Source of the DNA: Mytilus edulis
Lineage: Eukaryota
DNA: 64,000 nucleotides
Assembly (NCBI RefSeq): GCF_963676685.1
Contig: NC_092346.1
Span: forward strand, 45,384,001 to 45,448,000
Direction of reading: 5' to 3'
A program made the position numbers and the translations under genes. Positions 38,956-52,300 of this stretch are shown here, in pieces. The notes under the pieces are model-generated. The model did not search any database and was not told the origin of the DNA. It saw only the letters and a list, made by a program, of their open reading frames with translations. How positions within the stretch are numbered: the stretch's first letter is position 1; each line of letters starts with the position of its first letter.

Positions 38956-40008
38956 TATTTCCAAGTTGTAACAGTTGGTTTAAAACTGTCCCAACTCGAA
39001 AAACGTTGTAACAGTCATAAATAAACTGTTCCCATTCAAATGCATTGATCGTTAAAAGGGGGGGGGGGGTAACACCACCACTGGAAGCAAAAACGTATAC
39101 ATGATTATGCACAGACTATTCTTCTGTTTCTGAGTGAACTTTACTATTTTTCATCTATTTAAATCCCCACTGGAAGGCCTCTGACAGACTGACTGTGCTT
39201 AAAATCAATAGCCAATGACAAACAAGTTGAAGGTAACTATTTCAGTAACAACATAAGTATAACGGCTGTCTACAATATTATGGGAAAATCTCTATAGACT
39301 TTTGTTTTAAATTTCACACTGACAGTTGAATAGAAAAAAATACTGAATTAAAAATAGCTAATTACAAACTCGGATTTAAACAAAAATAAAAACCCAACAA
39401 ATTCACAATTAAATTTAAAAAGTGAAAGATCACCCGCAAATTAGTGCACAAAGTCAATGCGCATATATCTAGTTAGTAGTTATGCTTTGTTGGTGTCTTT
39501 GGAGAAAAATTCAAGCAACAACTGCATATGAAGTATATTTCTCTAACGGACACGATATTGCGATGTCGTGGTTTCTTACATTAATTTTTATTTATAATTA
39601 ATGTTTTCATACCATAGCGTATTTCTTTTATGTTATCGCACCGCGGGTAAATTATCACGGCATACCACATTGATTTTTTTTTTTTATATATATGATGCAT
39701 TTTGTAGGCCGCTATAGTAACGTCGTAACTTTACGTCATACATTTTTTTTTATTGCCACTTGTTATCGCAATTACAAATAGAATTACTGGGTTGAATTAG
39801 AAATAAATTTGATGTAAAAATACATGAATATTTAAAAAAAATTTACATGGTATTATAATAATGATTTGGCTATTCTGTTTATGTAATTGTTTTATTTAGT
39901 TCCTCTCGTTTCACTCGTATTTAGGCATTCCTTTGCTTTCAAATGCACCGGTTTTATTTGGGCGTTCCAAGTGAAGCGTAATCTAGAAAAGCACTGCAGA
40001 CATGCGAA

Positions 40009-40588
40009 AGGAGTAGGTCCGGTAAGGACCGATTTTGGCCTCAAATTTCAGATTCATCTTACGAAAGATTTTGACCACTTTTTAAGCACTTAAGTGTCTA
40101 TTTAATTTGAATCAATTAATTTATGTGAAAGATTTTAACTGATTTAGTCATTAAAAAGACCCGATTCAAGCTCAAATATGCAAAATCTACCAAATATGCC
40201 GAAAAATGTCACTTTTCAGATGGTTTTTTGTCAAAAATGAAAGTGGCCGCATCCGTGTTCATCGTTAATCTTTATATATGTTCTGTATTATCATAAAATA
40301 CAACTTGCATTTCAATATTAAGGATGAACACGAATGCGGCCACTTTCGTTTCACACGAAAACCGTTTAAAATTTAACTAAAATGCTAGAATTATGAAGAT
40401 TTCAGTAATTTAGAATGACTTAATGGTGCTAGTACCGATATATGTGCATTGTATTGTCAAAAACAGCCCGTATTCATGTAGCAGAAGCATTCTACTGTCC
40501 AATAAACAACTAAAAGTTTACATTTTAACAATTTTGTAAAACTGCTATATTTTGGGGCCAAAAAGGGGTCTTACTGGACCTACTCCCT
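40009..40588. mobile_element. MITE of about 580 bp
   Basis: TIRs ggagtaggtccggtaaggacc / ggtcttactggacctactcc, plus an internal IR at about 40240-40348. TSD unclear. Confidence 0.8.
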
Positions 40589-42850
40589 TATAAAGCGTTT
40601 GTTTCATTTATATTCAAGTCGCAATTAGTAGTTCTGATATCAAAATAGTTGGGATGAGTTATAGACGTAAATAGTGAATATATATACTGAAGCTTTGTAT
40701 AGCTGTTACCCCAGATGCTTAATAAAGAAAAATCCCGTCAAGACTCATGAATTCATTAAAACAAAAATATGACTGAGTATATTGTAGAATTCTCGTCATT
40801 AACGAATCGTAAATATTTTCTAAGAATGGTTCAACTTCACAAATATACGATATCCAAAATACTATATACCATCACTTTTTTACAACATAACTCGATTACG
40901 AATGTAAATTTACCACATCTAAAAAAAATAAGAAGATGTAGTATGATTACGTGTATCAATGAGACAACTCTCCAACAGAGACCAAATGCCATAGAAGTTT
41001 ACAGCTATGGGTTACAACATAATCTAGTTGTTCCTAATATAGGACATAGTTCCTGGTCGTTCCTGCTTTAAATTCAATCAATAATGCAGTTATTTCCATC
41101 TTCAATTAAATGCACATAATAAAAAGTTGTGGTGTGGATGTCAATGAAACTAATATTCATAAAGACCGAAAAACAAAGATATGAACGAAGATATGACCGA
41201 TTACAGCAATTTACAGGTGAACGTACGGCTGCAACAATGAGCAAAACTCTCACCGAACGTACTACAATGCTAAACTGATAAACTTTAAGAATGAAGTTAT
41301 TCAAAGGAACTGCTTGTTTGAATGGATCGTATGCTAATTTTCGAGTTATATAAACAATATCACTGCATACATCAGAATAGGATTTCCAATTTGTTACACA
41401 ATTCCATATTCCATCCGATTCATCAAATTCACGATTCATCATGTTGTAGTTTTTTGTTGCCTTCTGATATGTTATTCAAAATTGATTCACCGTTTCAACA
41501 AAGAGAAAAAAGTATACAATGCTATACAGAGATAACTCTTCGACTATCTACATATTTATTGAAAGGTTAACTCCTATTCTATCCTACTACCTGTCGATAC
41601 TATTATGTTGGTATTGCACACAAGTCATGTCTTTTTTTTATACTGTCCATGACGTCAAAACAATAACTCCCTTGGATATGTTTTAAATAAGGCGATTTCA
41701 GTCTCTGTTGCATGATATTTTATTATCCCGTGTATATTTTTTTTTTGTCTTTTAATTAGCTATCAGTAACTGCAAGTAGCTCTCAAATCATACTGTCGTG
41801 TTAATTTCACCTTTTGTTAACTTGAAATGCATTTTTTGTTATTTAAAATGTTTACTTATTTAGTGTAAATCTCGTTTCACTATTTCTAATAATAACCTAC
41901 TTTGATAGGTGTTTGGTATGACAAAATATTCTAACTTCTGTTCTCGCACTATGAACAACAAAATTATTTCTTTTGTAAAAACATATGTCTGTACTCCATG
42001 TATTCTTTACAACAAAAATTATTCTAAACTATTTTCTTGTGTACGTTATATCATTTGGCGGCATACCACATCTTCTTATATCTTATTAGATTGATTCACC
42101 TTATATGAATCTTGAAAAAAAAACCAGAAAGTTTGTTAATAGATTAGACCGTTGGTTTTCCCGTTTGAATGGTTTTACACCAGTAATGTTGGGGCCCTTA
42201 TAGCTTGCTGTTCGGTGTGAGCCAAGGCTCAGTGTTGAAGGCCGCACCTTGACCTACATAGGTTTACATTTATAAATTGTTACTTGGATGGAAAGTTATC
42301 TCATTGGCACTCATACCACATCTTCCTATATCTATCTATATAAATTTATCAGAGATGGTTGGAGAAAAAATTTCAAAAGATTTCAGTAAAAAAGAAAAAA
42401 ATCGAGTTAACTATATTTTCCTCTGTTATTCGAGAGAAAAATGTGGACTGTTTAATTCAGGACTCACAGTTCCCTTGGTAAGCGATATGTATATCTTACC
42501 ATTGTATGAATATATAAATTATTATTGAATGACGGCTAATGGACTTTTAACTCTCTTAAATAACTTCAAAAAGGTTCAACAGCAATACTACTGTAAAATT
42601 GTCTAGCCGTATGTAGTGAAAGAGATACGATGTATTAAATTTCAAATCATCCAAAAGAATTAAAAGAAACAAAATTTAACGTTATTTATATTATCTCCAC
42701 TTTTTCGCTTTACTAATTTTAATTTGAACTACTGAATTATATATATTCTATTTGTGATCCTCAGCCTTAATCACCACAAAGTACAAAAAGTGTGTATTAA
42801 GCAATTTCAAGTTTCCATACATCAATGAAATTCGAGTTAAAACACTCTTA

Positions 42851-43020
42851 CAGCCGATTTCATTGAGTTTGTAGGGAAAGGTAGAATCATTGGTTAGCTT
42901 GCGTATACTCTCTTACTTTCGAAGTAGTCTAGTCTTACAGACAGATGTATTGGTTATTTTTTTAACAATCAAGCTTACCAAGGATTCTACCTTTCCAAAC
43001 CTACTCAATGGAATCGGTTG
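42851..43020. mobile_element. Small MITE-like inverted repeat
   Basis: Imperfect ~50-bp arms cagccgatttcattgagt...gaaaggtagaatcattggttagcttg / caagcttaccaaggattctacctttc...actcaatggaatcggttg. Confidence 0.7.
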
Positions 43021-44384
43021 AAAAGTTAAAATACAGTATTGAAAAATATGTCTGTTGTAAAGTAGGTCCATGTGGAGTCAAAATAAAAGTATAGTTTATT
43101 TGAAAAGGAACATTTGAAATTGCTTCATACATGTACTAAAATAGTGGTGTTTAGCTCAATTGACTCGAATGACCAGTTTGATCTTTTATGTATATGAATG
43201 GAAAGTTCAACCAAAGTTCAAAGAAAATTTCCCGCTGAGGGGAATAATGATGTTGGACTTTAAACAATGACATTTAAATAACATTTTTTTTGTACTCCAA
43301 TTTCATCTTTGTTTGAAATCTGTGGGCATTATATTGTATATTCAGCAATCCCAATAAGTAGTTTTATATACGTCTGTAAGAAGTTAATCTCTGTAATTAT
43401 CCTTTCCAACTTAGATTTCATAAAATCATTATGGTCGTTTTCAGTATCAATTGTCAATGTTCGAGAACATGACAAAACCGGTAATAATATTCGATGTACG
43501 ATAATGAACATATGAAATGTAATAAAAGATATCATAATAACTTCAGTATGTCTGGTTTAATATTAAAGTTTCATCAAGTACGATCGTGTTCATCTGTTTG
43601 AGAGACAAAGGGCATTTAACGTTTTCGAGTATACAAAAAGTAAAATAGCAAAAATACCGAACTACAAGGAAAATTCAAAACGCAAAGTCCTTTCTCATAT
43701 TGCAAAATGACAAAAACCCACACAAAAGGAAAACAACTGTCATATTCCTATTTTAATACACTGTCAGGCATTTCTTTATGTAGAAAAGGGAAGATTGAAC
43801 CGGGTTTAATAGCTAGCTAAACCTCTCACTTGTATGACAGTCGCATAGAAATCAATTAAGTTGACAACGATGTGTGAGCAAAGCAATGAAACATGTGAAC
43901 AGTATGTCAATAAATATATAATATTCTTCATAAAAATAACGTAAGGTCAAGGAAGAGTAAACTTTGTCAGATTTTTTTGGTGAAATAACGAACTCCTAGT
44001 AAAATTGAGCAACTTTTATAAAAACTGAATAGATAAAACGTGACCAACCAACGTCACCAGTGAAAACAACTGTCCCATTCCTGACTTCGTACACACATTT
44101 TCCGAAGAAAACGGTCGGTTAAACATGGTTTTATAGCTAGCTCATGTGTATGACAACTGTAAATAGTTTTGTTTATATGACAATATAAGGTGAGCGACAT
44201 ACAAATTAGGTTATAATGTGACAAAAAATTTGGACTAAAAACGGTGTACACATACAGACAGACATCACAACTTACTACAAAATCAAACAAGCATACAAAT
44301 TAATATGAGAAAGACTAGAAAATTGAAAATGACAACGATTAAAAAAAAATGACAAATCAATTATAACTATAAAATAAAAAGATT

Positions 44385-45005
44385 TAGCATACTCCCTATA
44401 TGATTGATTAAAAGCAACAGCGTGGAGACCGTGTATATTCCATATTAGGTTAATAGGATTACGTCCCTTTATAAAAACAACACGAGGTCGAGGAAAATTC
44501 TTGAAGGTTTCAACAGACGATGCAATTGAAGATGAACGATTAAAATAAATTCAACAAACACATTTCAAGCTAACAAGTTGTTATTGTTGGCAATTGTTTT
44601 TGTATAGACCTATGGAAGTAGGTTCTGGTTAATACTAACGGCATTGAAGAGTTGTTTACTTAATATAAACCACTTGTCTAAATACCACAAGGAGCCTCGG
44701 TGGTTGAGAGGTCCATGCAGCTATTACTGTAATCATAAGCCAGTCAACATTGAGGTTGTGAGTTCGAACCCATCTCGTGCGGGTGCACTCGACTCCAATC
44801 TTCATTGACTAGGATTGTCAGTATCGAAGGTCGGTGGCTTTCTTTGGACACTCCGGCTTCCTCCACCAGTAAAAACTGACCGCCACGAAATAGCACAAAA
44901 GCGGTCCTTGAAATTACATAGTGTGCTAGTGACCTAACACGATATATATAGGGTCAGTAAATTCCATATTGAGATTCGAACTAGCACAATATGTAACTAA
45001 TAATA
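44385..45005. mobile_element. Diverged inverted copy of the 21411-22010 element with a collapsed hairpin, interrupted by a SINE
   Basis: 44385-44650 is the reverse complement of about 21620-21990. 44914-45005 has one hairpin arm and a partly deleted second arm. Confidence 0.7.
44691..44913 (+). mobile_element. tRNA-derived V-SINE (RUDI-like)
   Basis: A-box tggttgagagg (44701), B-box gagttcgaaccc (44760) and V-like core ggtcggtggctttctttggacactccggcttcctccacc. Confidence 0.78.
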
Positions 45006-45699
45006 CACTTTTTGTACATAGAATCTAACACTCAAAACTCATATTTTATAATTGTAACGTAGACACTAAATATGTATCTATAAGGTATTGGTACTTTCTG
45101 AAGAACTTATTGAAAAAGTGGACGAGACGTTTTTCGACTTAACCATGGTTCATTTTAATGAAATAATTGTTTGCTCAGACACCGTTGAAGTCTTTGAGTC
45201 TTTGAGAAAACTGGAAGCTCCTCATTATCGTATGAATTAAGATTTGAATACTCCATACGCTGTTGAAGTTGGTAAGTATTGCTGCTAAGGTCAGGAAAAA
45301 TTATAATTTAAAAATTGAAATCGCCTTTTGTTATAGATTCTGTTGTTGTCAACTGCAAAGTTAATGTATAGAAACGAGATTGAGGAGGCTGTATATGTGG
45401 TTTCTTTAATCTCTAGTTCATGGGGGATATTATAATGAACACTACCTGAAAAGTTTAGATTGGTAATGAAAAGACCATCATCAAAATACCTATGTGTGAA
45501 ATTATATGATCTTGGTTCTTAATCTATAACAAACGCGACAGTGGAGCTCTCATATGAAGGAAATGTTTCGCAAAGTGGACCTGGACAGCTGCTATGAATA
45601 TGTAAATTTATGCAGCATTGCACTTTTTGAAACAAAGATTATGAAATATTGTTAAAACGATTGGACTGGTAAAATCGCTCCTACTGGTAAACATGGTAA

Positions 45700-46101
45700 A
45701 ATCTCTACCAGAATTAAGGACTTACATTACGATTAAACAGAAACTGTACGAGACTGGACTTTACGTCAAAATGAACAACAAGAAACAAGAACGATCAGTT
45801 ATGGCATAATGGCTGTGGTATACTACATTTTAGAATTGAAATTATGCGATTAAGAAATGAGGCTCCTGATGAACGATTTTGCACTTTCTGCTATGTTGGA
45901 TCTGTCGAAGATGAAAAACAATTCTTATTGAACTGTAAAGCCTACGATAATTTAAGACACTTGTTATTTGAATCAGTGAACCTTGATAGTAATTTTATTG
46001 ATAATAGAACATTTGATAATTTGATGACACTTCATCAAAGACACACGGCAAAATATTTAAATATATTTTTCTGTAAATGGAAGGAACTTCGTTACAAGTA
46101 A
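45700..46101 (+). pseudogene. 3' remnant of a non-LTR retrotransposon ORF2 (clade uncertain)
   Basis: ELRTY..IK followed by the C-terminal zinc-knuckle motif ERFCTFC...VEDEKQFLLNCKAYDNLR, with stops and frameshifts. Confidence 0.7.
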
Positions 46102-47017
46102 CAATCTCACAATACTTATTGAAAATATGAACATTAAGTTTAAGGTACAACGGACCGGGTGTAATTTAAATTAACTATTGTATTTTTATTATGTAATATA
46201 GTAAATGATCTACTTACATACTTACTAACTATATACACGTACGTATCAAAGTATTTCGCTCTCCCATGCATAATGTGCACAATTACTTATTTGGGTTGGT
46301 TTCCCCCCTTTTGTGATATATAACGAACAATGGGACTGTCAATTCACAGCTTTTTAAAAACAAAAGTGATACAAAAATCCAGGGCATTATTTTTCGAGCA
46401 CATATGAAAAGCCGAAAAAGGGGGGATATATTTGATGAAGAAGGATTTTTTCAAGTTTATTAAGATTAAAAAACAGTATAAGATCGTATTGATATTTTCA
46501 CACTTCACTGATTACAAATGAACTGTATTTATATGTATCATCGATTTATTACAATCGAAAAGTCACATAGTTAATAATGGTGCAGTTAGTCCCCTTTATT
46601 TCATCTCGTTTAAATATTTTTGGATACACAAATATGAGTAGATTTATAGCTAACTAGACATAAAAAGTAATAGCATATCAAACGCGTGAAATGCAGAGGA
46701 AAATAAAATATTGTAGGCTCTTTATAACAAAAATAATTGCAAATTATAAAATGTTAAAATACCGCAAATTATGATTTATTTATTTTGCACTAAAGTGTCT
46801 AAATTGTTTGTTGAGGTAACGCTGTACTCTTACCTAATGAAGTTTAACTGAAGGAAGAATACTCTAACGTATTTGATGGAAGACAGTACCATCATTACAA
46901 TTGTGGTTTACTCTTCATGACGAGCCCAAGTACTGGTGTATCCAATGACTGTACAAATCCTCATAAGAAGGTATATTATGGTTGGATTAGTAGAAGATTC
47001 CATGGGTAAGTAGACAT

Positions 47018-47385
47018 NNNNNNNNNNNNNNNNNNNNNNNNNNNNNNNNNNNNNNNNNNNNNNNNNNNNNNNNNNNNNNNNNNNNNNNNNNNNNNNNNNN
47101 NNNNNNNNNNNNNNNNNNNNNNNNNNNNNNNNNNNNNNNNNNNNNNNNNNNNNNNNNNNNNNNNNNNNNNNNNNNNNNNNNNNNNNNNNNNNNNNNNNNN
47201 NNNNNNNNNNNNNNNNNNNNNNNNNNNNNNNNNNNNNNNNNNNNNNNNNNNNNNNNNNNNNNNNNNNNNNNNNNNNNNNNNNNNNNNNNNNNNNNNNNNN
47301 NNNNNNNNNNNNNNNNNNNNNNNNNNNNNNNNNNNNNNNNNNNNNNNNNNNNNNNNNNNNNNNNNNNNNNNNNNNNNNNNNNNNN
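47018..47385. other. Assembly gap (368 N)
   Basis: Run of n. Confidence 1.
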
Positions 47386-48489
47386 GCGAGAGTAAATGTG
47401 AGTTTGAGTAGTTAGAGAATGTGAAAGAGAGAGTGAGTAAGAGCGTGAGAATGAGAGAATGGAACTGAGAGACTAAATAGAGAGAGACTGATTAACTACG
47501 TGGATGAAAGATTGAGTAAGCGGTTAGAGACGGAGTGTAGAGATGTTATTACGCGAATGACAAAGTGAAGTTTTAATGGGTGTGTGATAAGAAATAGTAG
47601 TTCTTGCATTTGAAGAGCTTTTAAAAATATTTTCAAAGATAAAAGAGAAAAAATGCATTATGTTTTCGTTCTCCAATTTTAACACACCATATCGTATTCA
47701 ATGAAGGCAATAGTCACGAACCCAAACTGAGGGAAACACATCAACTTAAAGAGGAAACAACACGTAACAACAGAAAACGACACAATCTAACAAAAATTTG
47801 AAACATGAACTGTTATCTGTAACTTAATCTTAAATAAAAGAATATCCAAAATCGTTTATAAAGATTTTGTAAAATAACAAAATCAACAGATAAAATTAAT
47901 CTATTTCTGAGAATAAAATCTGTTATCATGTAAACATATCTAGCTACATGCGATTCTGAGATACTTTTACTTCAACCATTTGTGATGGCAACCGCAGACC
48001 ATGTGAAGTAATGACATCAGTATCTATATTCTGAGCATTTAGCTGGAGTAGTTTATGTGCTGAGAATTCGTCATTCTTTAGTCAATCATGGAAGTAATAT
48101 TTAATATTACTTCCATGAGTCAATCAACATAATTATGTGCTGCTCTTATGCGAAATCATTCGTTTGTTGTGTTTGAGCTCCTGATTTTCCCATCATTGCA
48201 TCTGGAATTTTCCTTGGAAGTTGTATCTTTTTTTTTTTTTTTAATTTTACTGTTCTAATCACATAGTGGACATTGCTCTGCCCTGAAAAATCTAGAAAAT
48301 TTACTGAAATTGTTTTCATTATTGTATTCCTTCAGCTTATATAGTTGTTAGCTTATTATTATCTTGTCTTTAATCACTCTAGATCTGTGAAATCAAAACA
48401 TTTGAAATAGATTCAAATTTTGCGTTATTTGTGTTTGTCAATTTCTTGAAAAGACAGAGATAAGAAGCAAAAAAAAAAAAGAAAAGGAA

Positions 48490-48780
48490 ACAACACGTTA
48501 ATAATTTGATGAGTCGAAACGCTCTTCTGTATTTACCTTCACCAGGAACGCACTGCGCCCAACATTTGTAAGCCAAGGATGCAGAAGAACCGAAAACAGT
48601 TGAAGAGTGATAAGACCAAAAAGGACATAAAACATTAGCCCCATTCATCTGAGGTCAACTTTACCTGAGGGATTTGAAACCTATGTTTCTTTAAAATTAA
48701 AAAAAAATATATGTGACAATTTCAGAAAGATTTCTTATAAATCATGCCAGTAAGGAAGCACTGACTACTGGGCTGATACA
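48490..48780 (-). mobile_element. Degenerate copy of a second retrozyme-like family with a decayed hammerhead (48511-48551)
   Basis: gcguuc-CUGGUGA-agguaaauaca-GAAG-agcguuuc. Related to 15790-16020 and 23293-23525 (which stop before the core) and to 39905-40005. Confidence 0.55.
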
Positions 48781-48991
48781 ATTTGCTTGTTTCTTCATAA
48801 AAAAAAAAATCTGTATTTCATATTTGCTGATGACATATGCATGCATACACTGAAATATTAGGTAAAAAGTGAAATCACAAAAATACTAAACTCAAATTTG
48901 CAAAATCAAAAGATCAAACACATCAATCGAACGGATAATAACTGTCATATTCATGACTTTGTACAGTCATCAGGTAAAGGGCAGCATCGAT

Positions 48992-49364
48992 ACTGAATTT
49001 TAATGTGCGTATTGTTATGCGTTTACTTTTCTACATTGGCTAGAGGTATAGGGGGAGGGTTGAGATCTCACAAACATGTTTAACCCCGCCGCATTGTTGC
49101 GCCTGTCCCAAGTCAGGAGCCTCTGGCCTTTGTAAGTCTTGTATTATTTTAATTTTAGTTTCTTGTGTACAATTTGGAAATTAGTATGGCGTTCATTATC
49201 ACTGAATTAGTATATATTTGTTTAGGGGCCAGCTGAATGACGCCTCCGGGTGCGGGAATTTCTCGCTACATTGAAGACCTGTTGTTGACCTTCTGCTGTT
49301 GTTTTTTTCTATGGTCGGGTTGTTGTTTCTTTGGCACATTCCCCATTTCCATTCTCTATTTTAT
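48992..49364 (+). mobile_element. Uninterrupted 3' tail of Naiad family A
   Basis: Matches the reverse complement of 17527-17716 joined to 16506-16698. Truncated below the SECIS. Confidence 0.92.
49038..49128 (+). ncRNA. Twister-ribozyme-like RNA, best-preserved copy
   Basis: P5 GGCUAGAGG/CCUCUGGCC, P2 GGGG/CCCC, GAGGG, U49081^A49082, GCC, P3 GCA/UGC, P4 CCUG/CAGG with 8-nt loop UCCCAAGU. Confidence 0.72.
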
Positions 49365-52300
49365 TCAAAGGAAGATAACTTTTCTGCTACTAATTAGAAA
49401 TTAAAAAATGACTGTTATTGGTGTCTGGATGAGGAGGTATTCATATCTCTATTTTTAATTATTTATTCCATTTTTTTATATTTTTTTTTGGTCCTTTCTT
49501 CCTTTCTTCCTTTCTTTCTTATTTTAAGTCTTTTTGATAATCATGCAATCTGTAAACCTTTCTGGATCCTCTAAATTCAGAACGTTTGTCATTTATTTTT
49601 GTTTTAAGTCGTTTATTTTTGTCAATTTCTAGTTAAACAGAAATAAGAAGCAATCTTCTTTGGTTTTTTTTAATTTTTTATAAAAGTGAAACTTTAGATC
49701 AATGACTACTAATAACAGATACATGTACACACTGACGTATTGATAAAAATGAAACCATCAATATCTTAAAGGGATATAACATTCTCTGTTTTTAGTCAAA
49801 TTGAAAATTGAATGAAAACAGTTCAGGATTAGGAGGTCTCGTTTCTTTATTCTCTAATTCTTAATGTCCTTTTTCTCTATCCTGTACATTTTACCCATTT
49901 TGCCCATTATCTTTATCCTTTTTATATTTTATCTTGTGATTTTCTGCACTGAAACCCCGTTCCGATCCTCTGGAATCAGAACGTTTGTCATAGATCCTAG
50001 TTTTGAGTGGTCTATTTTGTAGAAAAGAATTACAAAGATAAGAATTATGATGAAAATTACCTTTATTTCAAGAAATCTGATATAAGATACATGCACACAT
50101 TAAACTATTGAGAAAAAGAACATCATCAATATTTAATGCGAGATAAAAATTATATTTGTCAGGATGTTAACTTTTCTTGCCATAGCGATCTTGAGCTGAG
50201 TATACACCGGGAAATATGATGCAAGATTTGTAATGATATAAAACAAAATTTTAGAAAATATTGTAATTATAGCAAAGAATTATATAAATCATGAACATCT
50301 TATCTAGTCTTGAGATAAAATATATTTTCAAATTCAGACTAAAAAGTCAACTAGTCTCATTTGAAGCCATCAATTAACGATTTTTCAACATGTATTTACA
50401 AATATGAATATGAAATAAATTGCTTCGCCGAGCGCAGCTGGATACGACCGCCGCAGAGGTCTAACCCTGAACAGTTTGGGCAATTTTTTTTTAATTTATA
50501 CAATTGCCTATATCAGTGGTATCATTTGTAACATACTTGAATGAAAAAGTTCTGTTCTTTTTGAGGATAATTATTGTTATATCTTATCATACACATGTTT
50601 TTGTGACATTTGTCTTATGGTTACTGCCAAGAGGTGTTCTGGAACGAGCTCGTGTAACCATATTTGATTCACTAATGCAATACAAAATTTCTTAGATGTA
50701 TTTTCTATTATTCATTTTTGGATATTATCAAGATTATTTTGAACTCTTTTATATTAAAATACCATAATAATCATAATCGTTATAGTATTGAGCTATTCTT
50801 CAGACAGGTTATTACAAATCCTTATTAGTTTTGATTATATCTCATATAAATAACATGGATAGGTGAATGTACGTCTCTTTTAGATCACTTGATAATTCCG
50901 ATTAATTTACTCTTTTATCATCGAAATATGGAATTGATCTATTTTATTTTGCCTCATTTAGTTGAACTTCAAGTAAACTTTCAAATTAAATTCGAGTTCA
51001 ATCAACAGAAGTGTTTGAACTCGTTTTTCATGTTTAAATGAATAAAAGCCCTTCGTTAAGTTGAATGACATGAACTTCAATTTAAAGCTATAATTATTCT
51101 CCGTATTATAAATCAAAAAAATAATGCAAGTTGTCAATAGAACACAGCAGCCCACACTAGTCGCCAACATCCTCCACTCCTCCGATAAAAACACACATTT
51201 TACAGGTAGGCGTAAACTGTGGTTGGGAAGTTTTATGTGAACACAAAAACTTGGTCTTTATCATTTGAAAATAACATATTCCAACTAATTCCTTCAAAGA
51301 TACTCTTTTATAAATGAAGTTTTGATGTTCTGGGTGGTAGGATTGACAAGTACCACTTTCACCTTCCGTAAAATATTTATGAAATTTGACGAAAGTTCGG
51401 TATATTCCTGTACCAAGACAGGAATATGGCAGTCGTTCCATTGGATAATTTAGTTGAGCGTTTGGTTTAGTAAGTTTTCATGGACTCCCTACTTTTTTAG
51501 TTTACTTTCGAGGTCGGTATTTTTGCTCATACCTTTTTTTCTATACATCATATATTTACTACACACAAAAACCAAGTGTACGCTTGACCATTGTCCAACA
51601 ATATGTGTAGTCCGTAAAGACTAATGATTATTAAGGACACAGATATTCCATAAAGGTCAACTAAATCACAATGTCCTCCATTAACTGTCGTAAAGATGAT
51701 ATCAACTTAATTATTAAGTGATTTACTATCTGCTATAGAAGGTATTATCAACACATAATGTGTCTGCTTCATTATAGTTTTTTTTTTTATTTGTAATGAC
51801 AAAAAATACTACTGCTTATAATATTTATGTGGTCGAAATGTAAAATAGCTGCAGATGTGATTTAATGCATTTTGAGCTCATTCAATCACCGTTTTTACGT
51901 ATTTTTACGTACCTATTCTCTTTAATCGAGAACATGCTATATATATATATATAATTATATCGAAAACTGGAGTATAATGCTGCACATATATATCGCAATT
52001 TAGTTTATTTCTCTCATAGATAATCTGTTAACATTTCAGCCAAAGAATCATTGCCTAACTTCAAATAACAAGGGTTTTTTTGGAAGAAAAATAATTGCAG
52101 CGAATAATTTTGTGATGGATTTCCTTTTAAGTTCATGCATTTTCTGTTGCCATGTATGCTTTCAACAAGTTTTAAAATATTGTGCTATAAACGGGTTCTT
52201 TATTTTGGGGTTATATTTTGAGTGTATTGATTAAAGTTTCAAAGCAACTGCTTTCATCATCGGTTGTATTGCGGTATGTGTTGACTTTTTTCCAGTTTTT

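Noticed and set aside
46800-47580. Possible exon and GA-rich tract around the gap
   Set aside because: No convincing frame, and gap-adjacent low-complexity sequence is unreliable.
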